Below are positions 23,510-33,700 of a DNA stretch of 64,000 nucleotides, in pieces. Origin of the DNA: Oopsacas minuta (taxonomy: Eukaryota; Animalia; Porifera); NCBI GenBank assembly GCA_024704765.1, contig JAKMXF010000266.1, positions 372,001-436,000 on the forward strand, written 5' to 3'. A model generated the notes under the pieces. That model searched no databases, was not told where the DNA came from, and worked only from the letters and a program-made list of their open reading frames with translations. Every line of letters starts with the position of its first letter. Positions within the stretch are counted from its first letter, which is position 1. Made by a program: the position numbers and the translations under genes.

Positions 23510-24703
23510 ATGGCAACTAGTCCTGCTACAAGTACACCGGGTTTTTTAACCCCAATAAAATCTAGACTCGCAAATCGACTCTCTGGACATTTTCACAAAA
23601 GGAGTTACAACCAATTTGAAACAAGCGCAAGTGTTGACGAAATCACATCGAATTCATCCAAATCTGACGCGAATCCTGATTTCTTCGGTTTTTCTCCAAC
23701 AGAAATAAAATCATTCTCTCCACCCATTGTTCATAATGATTACCTCTTCACCAAAGACAATTACGTTCTATTCTACGTACAATTTACACGAGTTGAATAC
23801 GGACTATTCAAAGACCTTATTAGCTTAACTACTCCAGTACAAGATATCATTAATCGTTACTCAAATTTTTTCCATGATTCTCCAAAATTGAAACTATTCA
23901 CCGGTCCAAAAGTTGGCGTTTCGCAAAAGGCTAAATTTGGCCGCACACGTTCGTTATCCCTTACCAAAGCTAGCGGTACCTATCATAAGTTAGAACCGAA
24001 TATCAATCTTTTTGAACAAAATATCAATTCAAGTTATTTGTTGATAATAAGCCCACCATCTGATGCTAAGTTCAATAAAGAAATGTTTCAAGCATACCTG
24101 AACTCCAAGACTGAACAAACTCTATTCGTAGAGAGATGGATACCTGCTGTACAAGGGTCTGTACCTCTGAATGAAGATACTGCTTGTGTTGTAGCCGCAT
24201 GTCTATACACACTCAACTCTATACAGAACACTGCTACAAGCTACAACAGTAGTCCGAGAGACTTCATACACAGAGGAGTACCTGTTACTAAGTTAGCAGA
24301 AACTAAGATAGTGAAAACACTCGAAGAGCTCAAACCCGAATCTGTTGAGAATATCATGAAGCTCTGTGCTGAGGCTGTTCTATCCAATTTTCTAAGCGCA
24401 GCCATTATATTAAGTGTCAACACTGGTAGTGGTATTTATAATGAACACAACACGTATTTTGTCCTAAGCTCAGAATCTATTGTATTGGTAAAGAAGAGCG
24501 ATTTATCTCGCATTATATCATGTGTTCAGCTTGTGGATATTAAGAGCTGGAAACACTCTGGCAATACACTTAACATCGAGCATGTGAATCGGCTTGAGCA
24601 AACAACTGTTGTCTCCCATTTAGTTGTTAAGTCTAAAGACGCTGCGTTAATTAGCACTATACTTACCGCAGTGGGACATGCTTTAGCCGCAGAAGAACAT
24701 TAA
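23510..24703 (+). CDS. Stand-alone FERM-domain (talin-head-like) protein
   Basis: Ubiquitin-like segment, then an F2-like helix (TLFVERWIPAVQGSVPLNEDTACVVAACL), then a PH/PTB-like F3 (DIKSWKHSGNTLNIE...KDAALISTIL). Similarity is by eye only. Confidence 0.5.
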   Translation: MATSPATSTPGFLTPIKSRLANRLSGHFHKRSYNQFETSASVDEITSNSSKSDANPDFFGFSPTEIKSFSPPIVHNDYLFTKDNYVLFYVQFTRVEYGLFKDLISLTTPVQDIINRYSNFFHDSPKLKLFTGPKVGVSQKAKFGRTRSLSLTKASGTYHKLEPNINLFEQNINSSYLLIISPPSDAKFNKEMFQAYLNSKTEQTLFVERWIPAVQGSVPLNEDTACVVAACLYTLNSIQNTATSYNSSPRDFIHRGVPVTKLAETKIVKTLEELKPESVENIMKLCAEAVLSNFLSAAIILSVNTGSGIYNEHNTYFVLSSESIVLVKKSDLSRIISCVQLVDIKSWKHSGNTLNIEHVNRLEQTTVVSHLVVKSKDAALISTILTAVGHALAAEEH

Positions 24704-25020
24704 GAAGTATACTTTAACGTAATAACCTTCCCTATAACCAAAGGAAATGAACTTAATTATTTGTGAATTGCTCAGTACTGATTTGTTTATTTAATAATGC
24801 TCTACTATTGAGTATTTTATACAGAAAATATGTAGTTTTAATTCAATTAACAACCAGGATTCTAAATGATCATATTTTAACGGTTAATCGCTTGTTAATC
24901 TATTAGGTATTAATGCAGTGAAATTTAGAAATATTATGTACCCATTGTCCGTAATCAATTAAAATCCCTAATTGTTGTTCTAGCTTAGCAACGTAGCAGC
25001 ACGTTTTGATGGACCACAGT

Positions 25021-25072
25021 CAGGGGCGTAGCAGGGTGGCGCTGTCTCACTTCTAGCCTGGCTACGCCCCTG
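25021..25072. repeat. 52-bp GC-rich inverted-repeat element (probable internally deleted DNA-transposon MITE)
   Basis: CAGGGGCGTAGC (25021-32) and GCTACGCCCCTG (25061-72) are perfect 12-bp inverted arms, extendable to about 16 bp with one indel, in AT-rich surroundings. Confidence 0.65.
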
Positions 25073-25137
25073 ATAACAGATAATGCTAGCCCTTGTCAAG
25101 CATCTCACTATGTTTGATTATAGGCCTAAAGACATTA

Positions 25138-25214
25138 TCTACTATTTATATAATAAAAGCCTCGAAGTTCAGCGAAACTCCGATAAGACGTATCCCTTCG
25201 GGAAACAAAATTAG
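25138..25214 (+). mobile_element. Possible miniature Helitron relic
   Basis: Starts A|TCTACTATTTATATAATAAAAG, has a small GC hairpin TCCC-TTC-GGGA near the 3' end, and ends TTAG|T (canonical end is CTRR). Confidence 0.3.
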
Positions 25215-25390
25215 TACTATACCAGAATCTATCAGAGTGTAGGTCTTATCCAAAGATTGTATTAAAATGAATGGGAAAGAAATTTTTTGGATGAAAGATA
25301 CACTAACTTATTTTGAATATTCACAATTTAGTATTTGATAATCAATTGTCATTTCAATGAATTAGTATTTGGTTTCTGTATTACTTCAAA

Positions 25391-26104
25391 ATGGCACAAT
25401 ATCAAAACTATATGCAAAATCCACAATTTAGACCAGAGGTGCGGAATCCAATTCCAGCCCTAGGCCAGATACGTATTTCTCCTCAACCACAATTTCCACC
25501 TGAATATCCACAATATGCTGAACAATATCAAAATAGAGCTCAGCTAGTCCAACATCAATATCTCCAACATGAAACTCAACATCAAATACCTTCTTATCCT
25601 GGAAGACCTAACTATCCAAGTGGTCAACCCCCACCTGCCGGTTACTCCCAACCCTCACCTATCGGTCTCGACAGGAAATATCAGACTAAAATTAAAGACC
25701 TTGAAAAGGAACTCGAGTATAAAAAAAAGGTAATTCTCAGTTTAGAGAAAGAGAACCGTCTTCTCACAGGTCGTCTTGAAGTTGTTGAAAGTAATCTCGA
25801 GCCACAGTCTAAATGGAACAATACACGTATGCCCGACCTTAATAAAGAGATCGCTGATTTGGATAAAGCAATTCGTTCAGGTCCACAACTCAATACTATA
25901 ATTGATAAAATCAAGAGCATAAAGGAAGTTTTGGATAGCATATTTTCCCCACACGATAGGCTAAGCTCAACTGTCCCTAGTAGATCTAAACAAAATCAAA
26001 TCTACCTCTCACCATTAGGCCAACAAGTCTATTATCAGGACCAAAGACAATCGCCCAATCCAGGGCACCAACCTCAACTTCGTCCAACATATCAACAATA
26101 TTAG
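25391..26104 (+). CDS. Hypothetical Q/P/Y-rich protein with a central coiled coil
   Basis: 237-aa ATG-initiated ORF. Low-complexity termini flank the heptads KYQTKIKDLEKELEYKKKVILSLEKENRLL. Confidence 0.65.
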   Translation: MAQYQNYMQNPQFRPEVRNPIPALGQIRISPQPQFPPEYPQYAEQYQNRAQLVQHQYLQHETQHQIPSYPGRPNYPSGQPPPAGYSQPSPIGLDRKYQTKIKDLEKELEYKKKVILSLEKENRLLTGRLEVVESNLEPQSKWNNTRMPDLNKEIADLDKAIRSGPQLNTIIDKIKSIKEVLDSIFSPHDRLSSTVPSRSKQNQIYLSPLGQQVYYQDQRQSPNPGHQPQLRPTYQQY

Positions 26105-26298
26105 TATATTGCTTTTAGAATCTCGATTTATTTGATTGTTTATTTTCATTTTTCAAACTGTAGTGATATTGAATACCACCATCCAATAGTTTTGTATGTA
26201 TCTAATCGTATGGTATAAATATATGGTATATTTTAATAATAATAAGGGAAATAAGGAAACATCTTTGAGCAATGATATATTTGGGTGTGTATGATTAC

Positions 26299-27117
26299 TT
26301 ATTCTTCTGTTTTTGGGAGGTACTTGTTCATAGGGCCAACTAGCACAATAGTAAGCAACGAACTGTTTATTATGACAAAGATACAGAAAACGTTGCCTAC
26401 AATTCCTTCAGGTGCATAGCTTGTATAATTCTTACCGTAGTTCATCCAATTACTTGAAACACCAGTATTTAAATATTCCGATACGCCAGCGAGAATTGTT
26501 ACCGTTGCAATCCAGATGATGAAAAGACCGAAAAATCTATGCCAGGAAATTAGGAGGTCTTTTATTCTCTGAAGTCCAGTCGGAAACAAATATAATATCC
26601 CCAAAGTAAATTGTAAGTTGATAGCGATTAATGTTAGTAGACCGCACCATGAATGAATGCTCCAAAAATGCGTATGATTTGATGTAAATTTGCTTTGTTC
26701 AATAGCAACCAATGCTATACATATAGACACTTGGGAGATGAGATTAATTGACCAATGTATTATTTTTTGTGGCCATTTTCCGATTGGAAATATCCTATAA
26801 CTCAGTATGGCAAGAGTTGGTAAGACTATGGATCCCAGCGTCATGAATGTAGGATGGAAATTGAATAAGGTCGTCTTAGGGTCCCATGAAAATCCGTTTC
26901 TGAATAGTCCGAACCATGAAAATATTACAACTAGAATTACACCGCATGTAAAACCGAACGTCAACATGGCAGTGAAAATACTGCAATAACAGGAGCACTT
27001 GCATTTAGACTGGGATAATTCTTTTGGTAATACAAGTGGGGATGAAGATAATCGAGTTCCTTCTCCGATCATTTTATAAATTATTTCTGATATCGTGCTA
27101 GAACTGAATGTAAACAT
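26299..27117 (-). CDS. Cytochrome b561 family transmembrane ascorbate-dependent reductase
   Basis: Six hydrophobic segments and four heme His residues in canonical contexts: FNFHP, KIIHW, SIHSW, SWHRF. Confidence 0.92.
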   Translation of the reverse strand: MFTFSSSTISEIIYKMIGEGTRLSSSPLVLPKELSQSKCKCSCYCSIFTAMLTFGFTCGVILVVIFSWFGLFRNGFSWDPKTTLFNFHPTFMTLGSIVLPTLAILSYRIFPIGKWPQKIIHWSINLISQVSICIALVAIEQSKFTSNHTHFWSIHSWCGLLTLIAINLQFTLGILYLFPTGLQRIKDLLISWHRFFGLFIIWIATVTILAGVSEYLNTGVSSNWMNYGKNYTSYAPEGIVGNVFCIFVIINSSLLTIVLVGPMNKYLPKTEE

Positions 27118-27413
27118 TTATATTTGTGTGATATAAATGAATATACCTATTTTGATTTGGAAGCTTTGTATATTTCAGTAGTTGAATTTTCTAATTCAGT
27201 CAAAAATCACGAGACAATTCCTTGCATTTCTACTCAATTTACAATGCAATAAAATCTGTAGAATTTTATAAATTTAATTATATGTATGAAATCGGTTTCA
27301 TGAATGATTGAACCTTTGTCTAATTAGTCCCCAATTATTTGAGTTATGAACCATGGATCAATATCTGATATACTTTCAAGAAATTTCCCCATTTGTTGAG
27401 GAAATAACTATTA

Positions 27414-27562
27414 CGGTAGAACCGCGTTAATACGAACAAATATTTACCAAAATCAGGTCCCTACAATGGTTTTTCATTTGATATTGCACAAATTAATACT
27501 TACTCCGGATAAGAAGTACAAATTTCGAAACTCCGCTCGTGTAAGTATTAACCAGTTCTATT
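27414..27562. mobile_element. Degenerate pogo/Tigger-like MITE in the b561/PRCP divergent spacer
   Basis: Left end TA|CGGTAGAACCGCGTTAATAC; right end GTATTAACCAGTTCTATTA is its imperfect inverse. Confidence 0.45.
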
Positions 27563-27595
27563 ATTATTTGATTAACTCTTTGATGGTTAGTGATT

Positions 27596-29014
27596 ATGTC
27601 ATCTTCCTGTATCATCCTATTCTTCCTTCTGCTAACAATAATTTCAGTTCAAACTGCGATAGTTAAAACACAAGAAAATACTTGGAAAACCAAATATTTC
27701 GAGCAAAGAGTAGATCATAATGACTACAGAGTGAATAGTTTGGGATCTTTTAAGCAACGCTATTTGATAAATGGTAACTCGTATAAAGGCGGAAATTTTC
27801 CAATCTTTTTTTACACCGGAAATGAAGGAGATATAACTCTATTCGCAAAAAACACTGGTTTAATATGGGAATTCGCGGCCCATTTCAATGCACTAATAAT
27901 ATTCGCAGAACATCGTTACTATGGAGAATCACTCCCATTCGGTTCTCATTCATTCGCTAACAACTCAATGCTAGCATTCTTCACTGCAGAGCAAGCTTTA
28001 CAGGATTACGTCACATTAATTGAATACCTTAAAGCGACTGTAGCCAGTACTAATTCCCCTGTAGTTGCATTCGGTGGTTCTTATGGCGGTATGTTGTCTG
28101 CTTGGCTTCGTATGAAGTACCCAGGTACAGTTGTAGGTGCTTATGCCGCATCAGCTCCCATATGGCAGTTCACCAGTTTGACACCTTGTGAGACGTTCAA
28201 TTCTATTGTCACACGAACATATCGTGGGACTAATTCAAACTGTCCATTAAATATTCGAAATTCATGGAAAGCCATAAGAGGAATATTCGAGAGAGGTCAA
28301 CCCGCGAAATTGAAATCCTTATTTCATCTGTGTGACGATATAAAGGACAAAGATGAATTGAATGCGTTAATAGCCGCAATTAATAATGTATGGGTGAGTA
28401 TGGCAATGGCAGACTACCCGTATCCAGCCAATTTCCTAGGAAACCTTCCTGCATGGCCTGTGAACTACACTTGCAATATATTAAGCAAGAGCCCAGCTAA
28501 TGAAGATGCTTTGTTAATGTTAATCTCAGAAGCTGTACAAGTGTTCACTAACTATTCAAAAGATGTAAAATGCTTCAATATAGCGAACGGAGGAGATCCA
28601 CCCGCTCTATCTACAAATGGTTGGGATTATCAATCCTGTACTCAAATGGTAATGCCAATGTGTAGTGATGGTAAAAATGATATGTTTGAAGTACAAAATT
28701 GGGATTTTGACGCTATGACTCAGTATTGTATAAAGGAATTTCGAGCTGTGCCGCGAGAATTTTGGGCTGTCCAGACTTTTGGTGGTAAAGAAGCTGTCGC
28801 GAAAGCTGCAAGTAATATTTATTTTACAAACGGACATCTTGATCCATGGTCTGGTGGCGGTGTTCTAACTCAACTTTCCCCTTCGTTACATGCTTTCGTT
28901 ATCTCTGATGGAGCTCATCATGTAGATCTACGTGCTAGTAATCCTCATGACACTACCGCGATTAAACAAGCTAGAAGTATAGCAAAATCTCTAATCACCA
29001 AATGGGTGAGTTAA
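27596..29014 (+). CDS. PRCP: Lysosomal Pro-X carboxypeptidase (peptidase S28)
   Basis: Signal peptide, YFEQRVDH, FYTGNEGDI, AEHRYYGES, nucleophile GGSYGG, NGHLDPWS, GAHHVDLR. Confidence 0.95.
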   Translation: MSSSCIILFFLLLTIISVQTAIVKTQENTWKTKYFEQRVDHNDYRVNSLGSFKQRYLINGNSYKGGNFPIFFYTGNEGDITLFAKNTGLIWEFAAHFNALIIFAEHRYYGESLPFGSHSFANNSMLAFFTAEQALQDYVTLIEYLKATVASTNSPVVAFGGSYGGMLSAWLRMKYPGTVVGAYAASAPIWQFTSLTPCETFNSIVTRTYRGTNSNCPLNIRNSWKAIRGIFERGQPAKLKSLFHLCDDIKDKDELNALIAAINNVWVSMAMADYPYPANFLGNLPAWPVNYTCNILSKSPANEDALLMLISEAVQVFTNYSKDVKCFNIANGGDPPALSTNGWDYQSCTQMVMPMCSDGKNDMFEVQNWDFDAMTQYCIKEFRAVPREFWAVQTFGGKEAVAKAASNIYFTNGHLDPWSGGGVLTQLSPSLHAFVISDGAHHVDLRASNPHDTTAIKQARSIAKSLITKWVS

Positions 29015-29255
29015 TCTTCTGTGCTTATATTGTAAGAATTTGATTTCTCTTTCTCATTATTGTTATAACTTGTATACTGTGTTTGCATATTATTGTTTGC
29101 TTGGATTAATTTATAGTAGGGGCATGCAGGTTTGCCAGAATGATATCCCGAGGCATGAAATTGGAGGACAACAGGCCACAATCACAATATGGGGAATTTA
29201 GTAAAATTTGGTAACCAACTTTTTGAATTTACAATCTGTTTTTCACAAATTAGAT

Positions 29256-30149
29256 ATGAAGCTAATTGTATATATAGTCTTCTCCTTGCTTCCTATTTGT
29301 GTAGTGTCACTCGAAAATTTGCAATCACAAACGGATTATGGAAATATAAAATTCTACTCTAAACCTGATCCCAATTTTATCTCTGGTGAATTTTCTCCAA
29401 GAAATGAACGATCAATAAGAATAATATTCTCTAGTCTTATTACGGATGAGAAGCAAGAAATAAAACTGACAGATGGAAATAAAAATGTGTTAATACATTA
29501 CATCACTACATCTCAAGGAACTGCTTCCATTCAAATTGGACAGTTGAACTTCATTGGACAAATGTCAGCTGATATTCTACTGCATGATCCAACGAGTGAA
29601 TTCCCAATCAATTCTAATTACCAAACACATCTAGATATATTCAGCACAATTGAAAAGCTGGACAAATCAAATATTACAATCCAACATGCTTTAGAGCTGG
29701 CTATATCTATGCCAGAATACGAATTGGTTGAAGGTTTGAGCAGATCTTTAGCAGAAGTATTAGGTTCTTCAGGTAGAGATCACCCTAGTATAATGGCTGT
29801 ATACTTTGCATCACAAAATCTAATACAATCCAGATCAACAATAATCAGTGATATTAACCGCAGAAATAGAATTCTACCAAGAACAGAGAGAAAATCTCAT
29901 GAATGTAAAATTGAAGGCCAAAATCAAATTCTTTCGGATTTATCAACTTGTACACAAGAACCGGTGGGTGCTATTTGCCATGGCTTATGTGGTCCTGTTG
30001 CTGTCTGCTGGAATTTCGTTTGTGGGGACTGTTGTTACCATCAGGGTTGTGCGGATCATGATACCTGCTGTAGTGTTAAAAGTTACCAAAGTATCCAATG
30101 CTTGTTCCCTCAGGGGTTTACTTGTGAAAAATATACATGTTCGAAATAG
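29256..30149 (+). CDS. Secreted protein with a pro-region and a 14-Cys C-terminal domain containing a C-x2-HD-x-CC motif
   Basis: Signal peptide MKLIVYIVFSLLPICVVS, basic cluster RRNRILPRTERK, then CHGLCGPVAVCWNFVCGDCCYHQGCADHDTCC. Confidence 0.75.
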   Translation: MKLIVYIVFSLLPICVVSLENLQSQTDYGNIKFYSKPDPNFISGEFSPRNERSIRIIFSSLITDEKQEIKLTDGNKNVLIHYITTSQGTASIQIGQLNFIGQMSADILLHDPTSEFPINSNYQTHLDIFSTIEKLDKSNITIQHALELAISMPEYELVEGLSRSLAEVLGSSGRDHPSIMAVYFASQNLIQSRSTIISDINRRNRILPRTERKSHECKIEGQNQILSDLSTCTQEPVGAICHGLCGPVAVCWNFVCGDCCYHQGCADHDTCCSVKSYQSIQCLFPQGFTCEKYTCSK

Positions 30150-30602
30150 TATAACATAGACAGCTGATGTGTATTTGAGATTTTGGATTATTATGTAAAT
30201 TTTTGAGACTTTTTGCTCATTTTTTTATATTTTATACTCTGAACAATTCTTCTCAATAGTGTGTGCTAATGCTCTAACATATCTATGTATATTCATATGC
30301 GCCTGATTACCAATTCGTATCTGAGCTAACTTAGAATTGGGGATATATGATTTGCACGTATATTCATTCTCCGGAGAATAGAAGTTCGATTAAATTGAAT
30401 TTGAAACAGTAGAACATAGAATTCTTATAAATTTGTATATCTTTGGCTGATACAGTTCGAACTGACTATTTGTTGAAACAAAACTATGTCTATTACAATA
30501 TTATAAATAGATGTTAAGGTGAAATTGAGATATTGGGTCGACTGACAACACGTTCATTTGTTCGATTCGTTTGTTTTAAAATTATTTCTAGGTTGAATGA
30601 TA

Positions 30603-30686
30603 CGGTAAGCTCTCGTTATAACGAAGTGCTCTGGACCCCAGTTTCATTTCATTAAAGCGGTATTTTGTTGTAAGCGGAGTAAACTG
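30603..30686. mobile_element. pogo/Tigger-like MITE upstream of LYST
   Basis: TA|CGGTAAGCTCTCGTTATAAC ... GTTGTAAGCGGAGTAAACTG|TA. Confidence 0.55.
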
Positions 30687-30746
30687 TATAATATAATTTC
30701 TACTTAATATTCCAGTTTATGATGTCAACATTAGCAAACATCTCCA

Positions 30747-33700
30747 ATGAGCATATATTACGATTATTCAGATGATGTTTCCCCTGTCCCACTCAATATT
30801 GACTTATCTTACTCCCACACAGATTCATATATAGTAAGTCCTAACCTATTACATACTATCGGAGATCTCGAATGTTCGCATAAAGAACAGAATTCCATAC
30901 AAGACATAGTTTCTGAACAGTTACTTGTTGAGTGGGAATCATACCTCAGAGAGGAATCGGAGAGCTCAAAACTGAATAAACTGAAAAGTTTCTTAGAATG
31001 TTTTCTATCTCTCTATTCTATACAACCAACACAAGCTATTGCATCCTTTCCCGGTGATATATCTTTCGTATGCACACTTCTAGCCAAAGAACTAATCACA
31101 CTCGTCAACCAAATAAAGCTTGACATCTATAAAGAACCAGACTCTCTCACCTCGCATCATATACAACCCAAAAATTGTCTAAGATCTTGTGATAAGCTAG
31201 AATACTTATCAAATGATTTTGGGTATTTACTCCTACACACACTGAACATCCTATGTGGTCAGGTATCACCTGGTCATGTTGAACTACCTCTCAAAATTCT
31301 TCTAATTCTCAAACAGATCATTCCTAATTTGGATCTCTCTAAGCCGCAACGAATTTTGTCCGAAATTGCAGAACAAAATTTCGCTAATGTCAAATTTATA
31401 TCAATTGATGAGTTATCAAATCGGAATATCAAAGTCAGGCAAATTCTATTCGATCCTTTGCAAATCGAGCGAGGTACAAGAGGAGAATATGCGAGTAGCG
31501 ATGTTCTCCTCAGTGAATGGAGTCAATCGAATAAGTACTCAAATAATTTCGAAATATTTAGCGAAAAGATCGATTCTCTGTGTGCAAAAAGTAACATAGA
31601 AATCGTAGTTATACTTTTGTCTTTATTTGAGAATTTAGTTCAGACAGAATCTATAATCGGGAATGCCATTAAAATCCATGTGTGCCTTGTCCATGGTTTA
31701 ATGGATGTACACAAGAAAATTTGTGACCAAGAGATATTCGCCTTTTCTGATACAAAACCAGATGAAGACATTTCTCAATCAGCAGTGAGTTTGAGAATGT
31801 TATTTCTACGCCTTTCGCTAAGAGTATCTTTTAGTGAACTTTTACTTGTATCAAGACACACTCAAGTTCTATTATTTCTCCTGAAAACTGCTCCAACCGC
31901 TACATTCTCATTTCTAAAGAATACATTACAGTTACCAACACATACAAACCATATTGGTTTCAAAACTGTTATTTGTGAGGCATTGAATGGTACGATGCTG
32001 ATTGGTAAAATGATAGTAGCGAGACTTGATTCTTTAGGAGCAAAGCAACGATGTGTTTTGATTGAATTTCTTGAGTTTTTAGGAGAGAATTTATTTTCAA
32101 TTATACCAGAAACAATCAGAAAGATTGATGAGAATTATGAAGAATCTTCCGAACTCGATTCACACAATTCAAATCTTCTGATTGTAACTCTCAAGTCTGC
32201 CAATGCTAGTTTGATAAACTTTTTAGATGAATTGTTCAAGATCAGTTTCGAAGAATTGAAATCCTATGCAAATACATTAGCTTCGAGTTTAATAAATTTG
32301 ATTATTTCCAAAGATGTTGGTATTTGGATAATGTCTCATCTCCTCTTTGCACTTCGAAACTCAAAATCTTCTCCTGAGATTATTCACGCTCTCACCTTCT
32401 CTCCGTTCCTGAATAATATATCAAAATTTCACGATAATCCAGATATTCAATCTCAAATTTTGGATATAATTGAGAATACTCTGATTAGAATGAGCGATCA
32501 TGAGGAAAATTCCTACCATTCGAAGTTCGTAAGAAAAACCATCTCATGGAAATTTCTAGAAATATATCAACTTATGCTATCACCAACAACCCATCTTCGT
32601 TCAGGTCCTGGTAAATTGATTGGAGTACAGGAGAGAAAAGCACTTCTCAATCATTTAGCTCGGCTCCTTCATTTAGGAGGATTCCAATTGCGAAAAACTG
32701 TTGTATTCCAGGTATTATTCCCGCTACTTGTGGCGATAAATAGATACATCACTAACAAACCGGTTAGCAGCCCAGAAGAAATAATTATTATCGAACCCGA
32801 TATTATTAAGGAAGAAGCTGTAAGTTTATTGGAGTTAGTTTCTAGTAGTTTGCAGCTTCTATCAAAAACCTCAAAGCTTAGAGAACATGGAGAGTTTTTC
32901 TTTGAAGATGGTGTAGAAAAGGAATTGTATGAGAATTATCTTGAAATTCTATTCAGTTGGATTGGAAACCAAAACGAGCTCCGTAAGGCTGTCATCAAAA
33001 GTTTGAAATGTGTCTGTATGCGAGAATCAAGGCAATTCTTTACCTGTAAGGTTTCATTTAATAGAACCTCTGAATCAATCATTGTGCCTTCTCATCCGCT
33101 CAATATTGATGATCCATTGGCTAGTCTTAGTAAATCTATGAATTTCGCTGATGACAACGAAGAGATGAGATTTCAAACCATACCATTAAGAAATGGCACT
33201 TTCTTATTTGGCCTAATCCTTGGTCTTTCTACCCTCCCTGATCCAACAAACACTCTTGCATCCTCTGAACTATGGAGTTATGCACACGAGAATTATGAAC
33301 TTAAACTAAATTCCGATACCTCGATCAAGCGCGCTCTCTCTGAATTATATTTATCACCTGATTTTGGAAACATTATCAATAACCTACCTGCTATATTATC
33401 ACGCCTGGAATTACACAGAGATCTCTGGAGAGCCGTAGCAGAAATTCTTAGTCACCAACATCCATCCAGCAGTTTCCTAGCTCAATGGATTATCGGTCAC
33501 AAGCTTGATGATCTGTTCGTTACCTGCGCTCATGGACTAGGTAAGTTTATGAAAAAATTAAACGAATTTCTTAACTATAATATGGACTGTCCTAATGCGC
33601 TCCTCCAAATATCTGCAGTGCTAGTGAGCATGTTCACATATGCTATATCGATCAAAGGATTGTGTTGTGTAGTTTCTTTAAAAACTGATCTTCCTAGATC

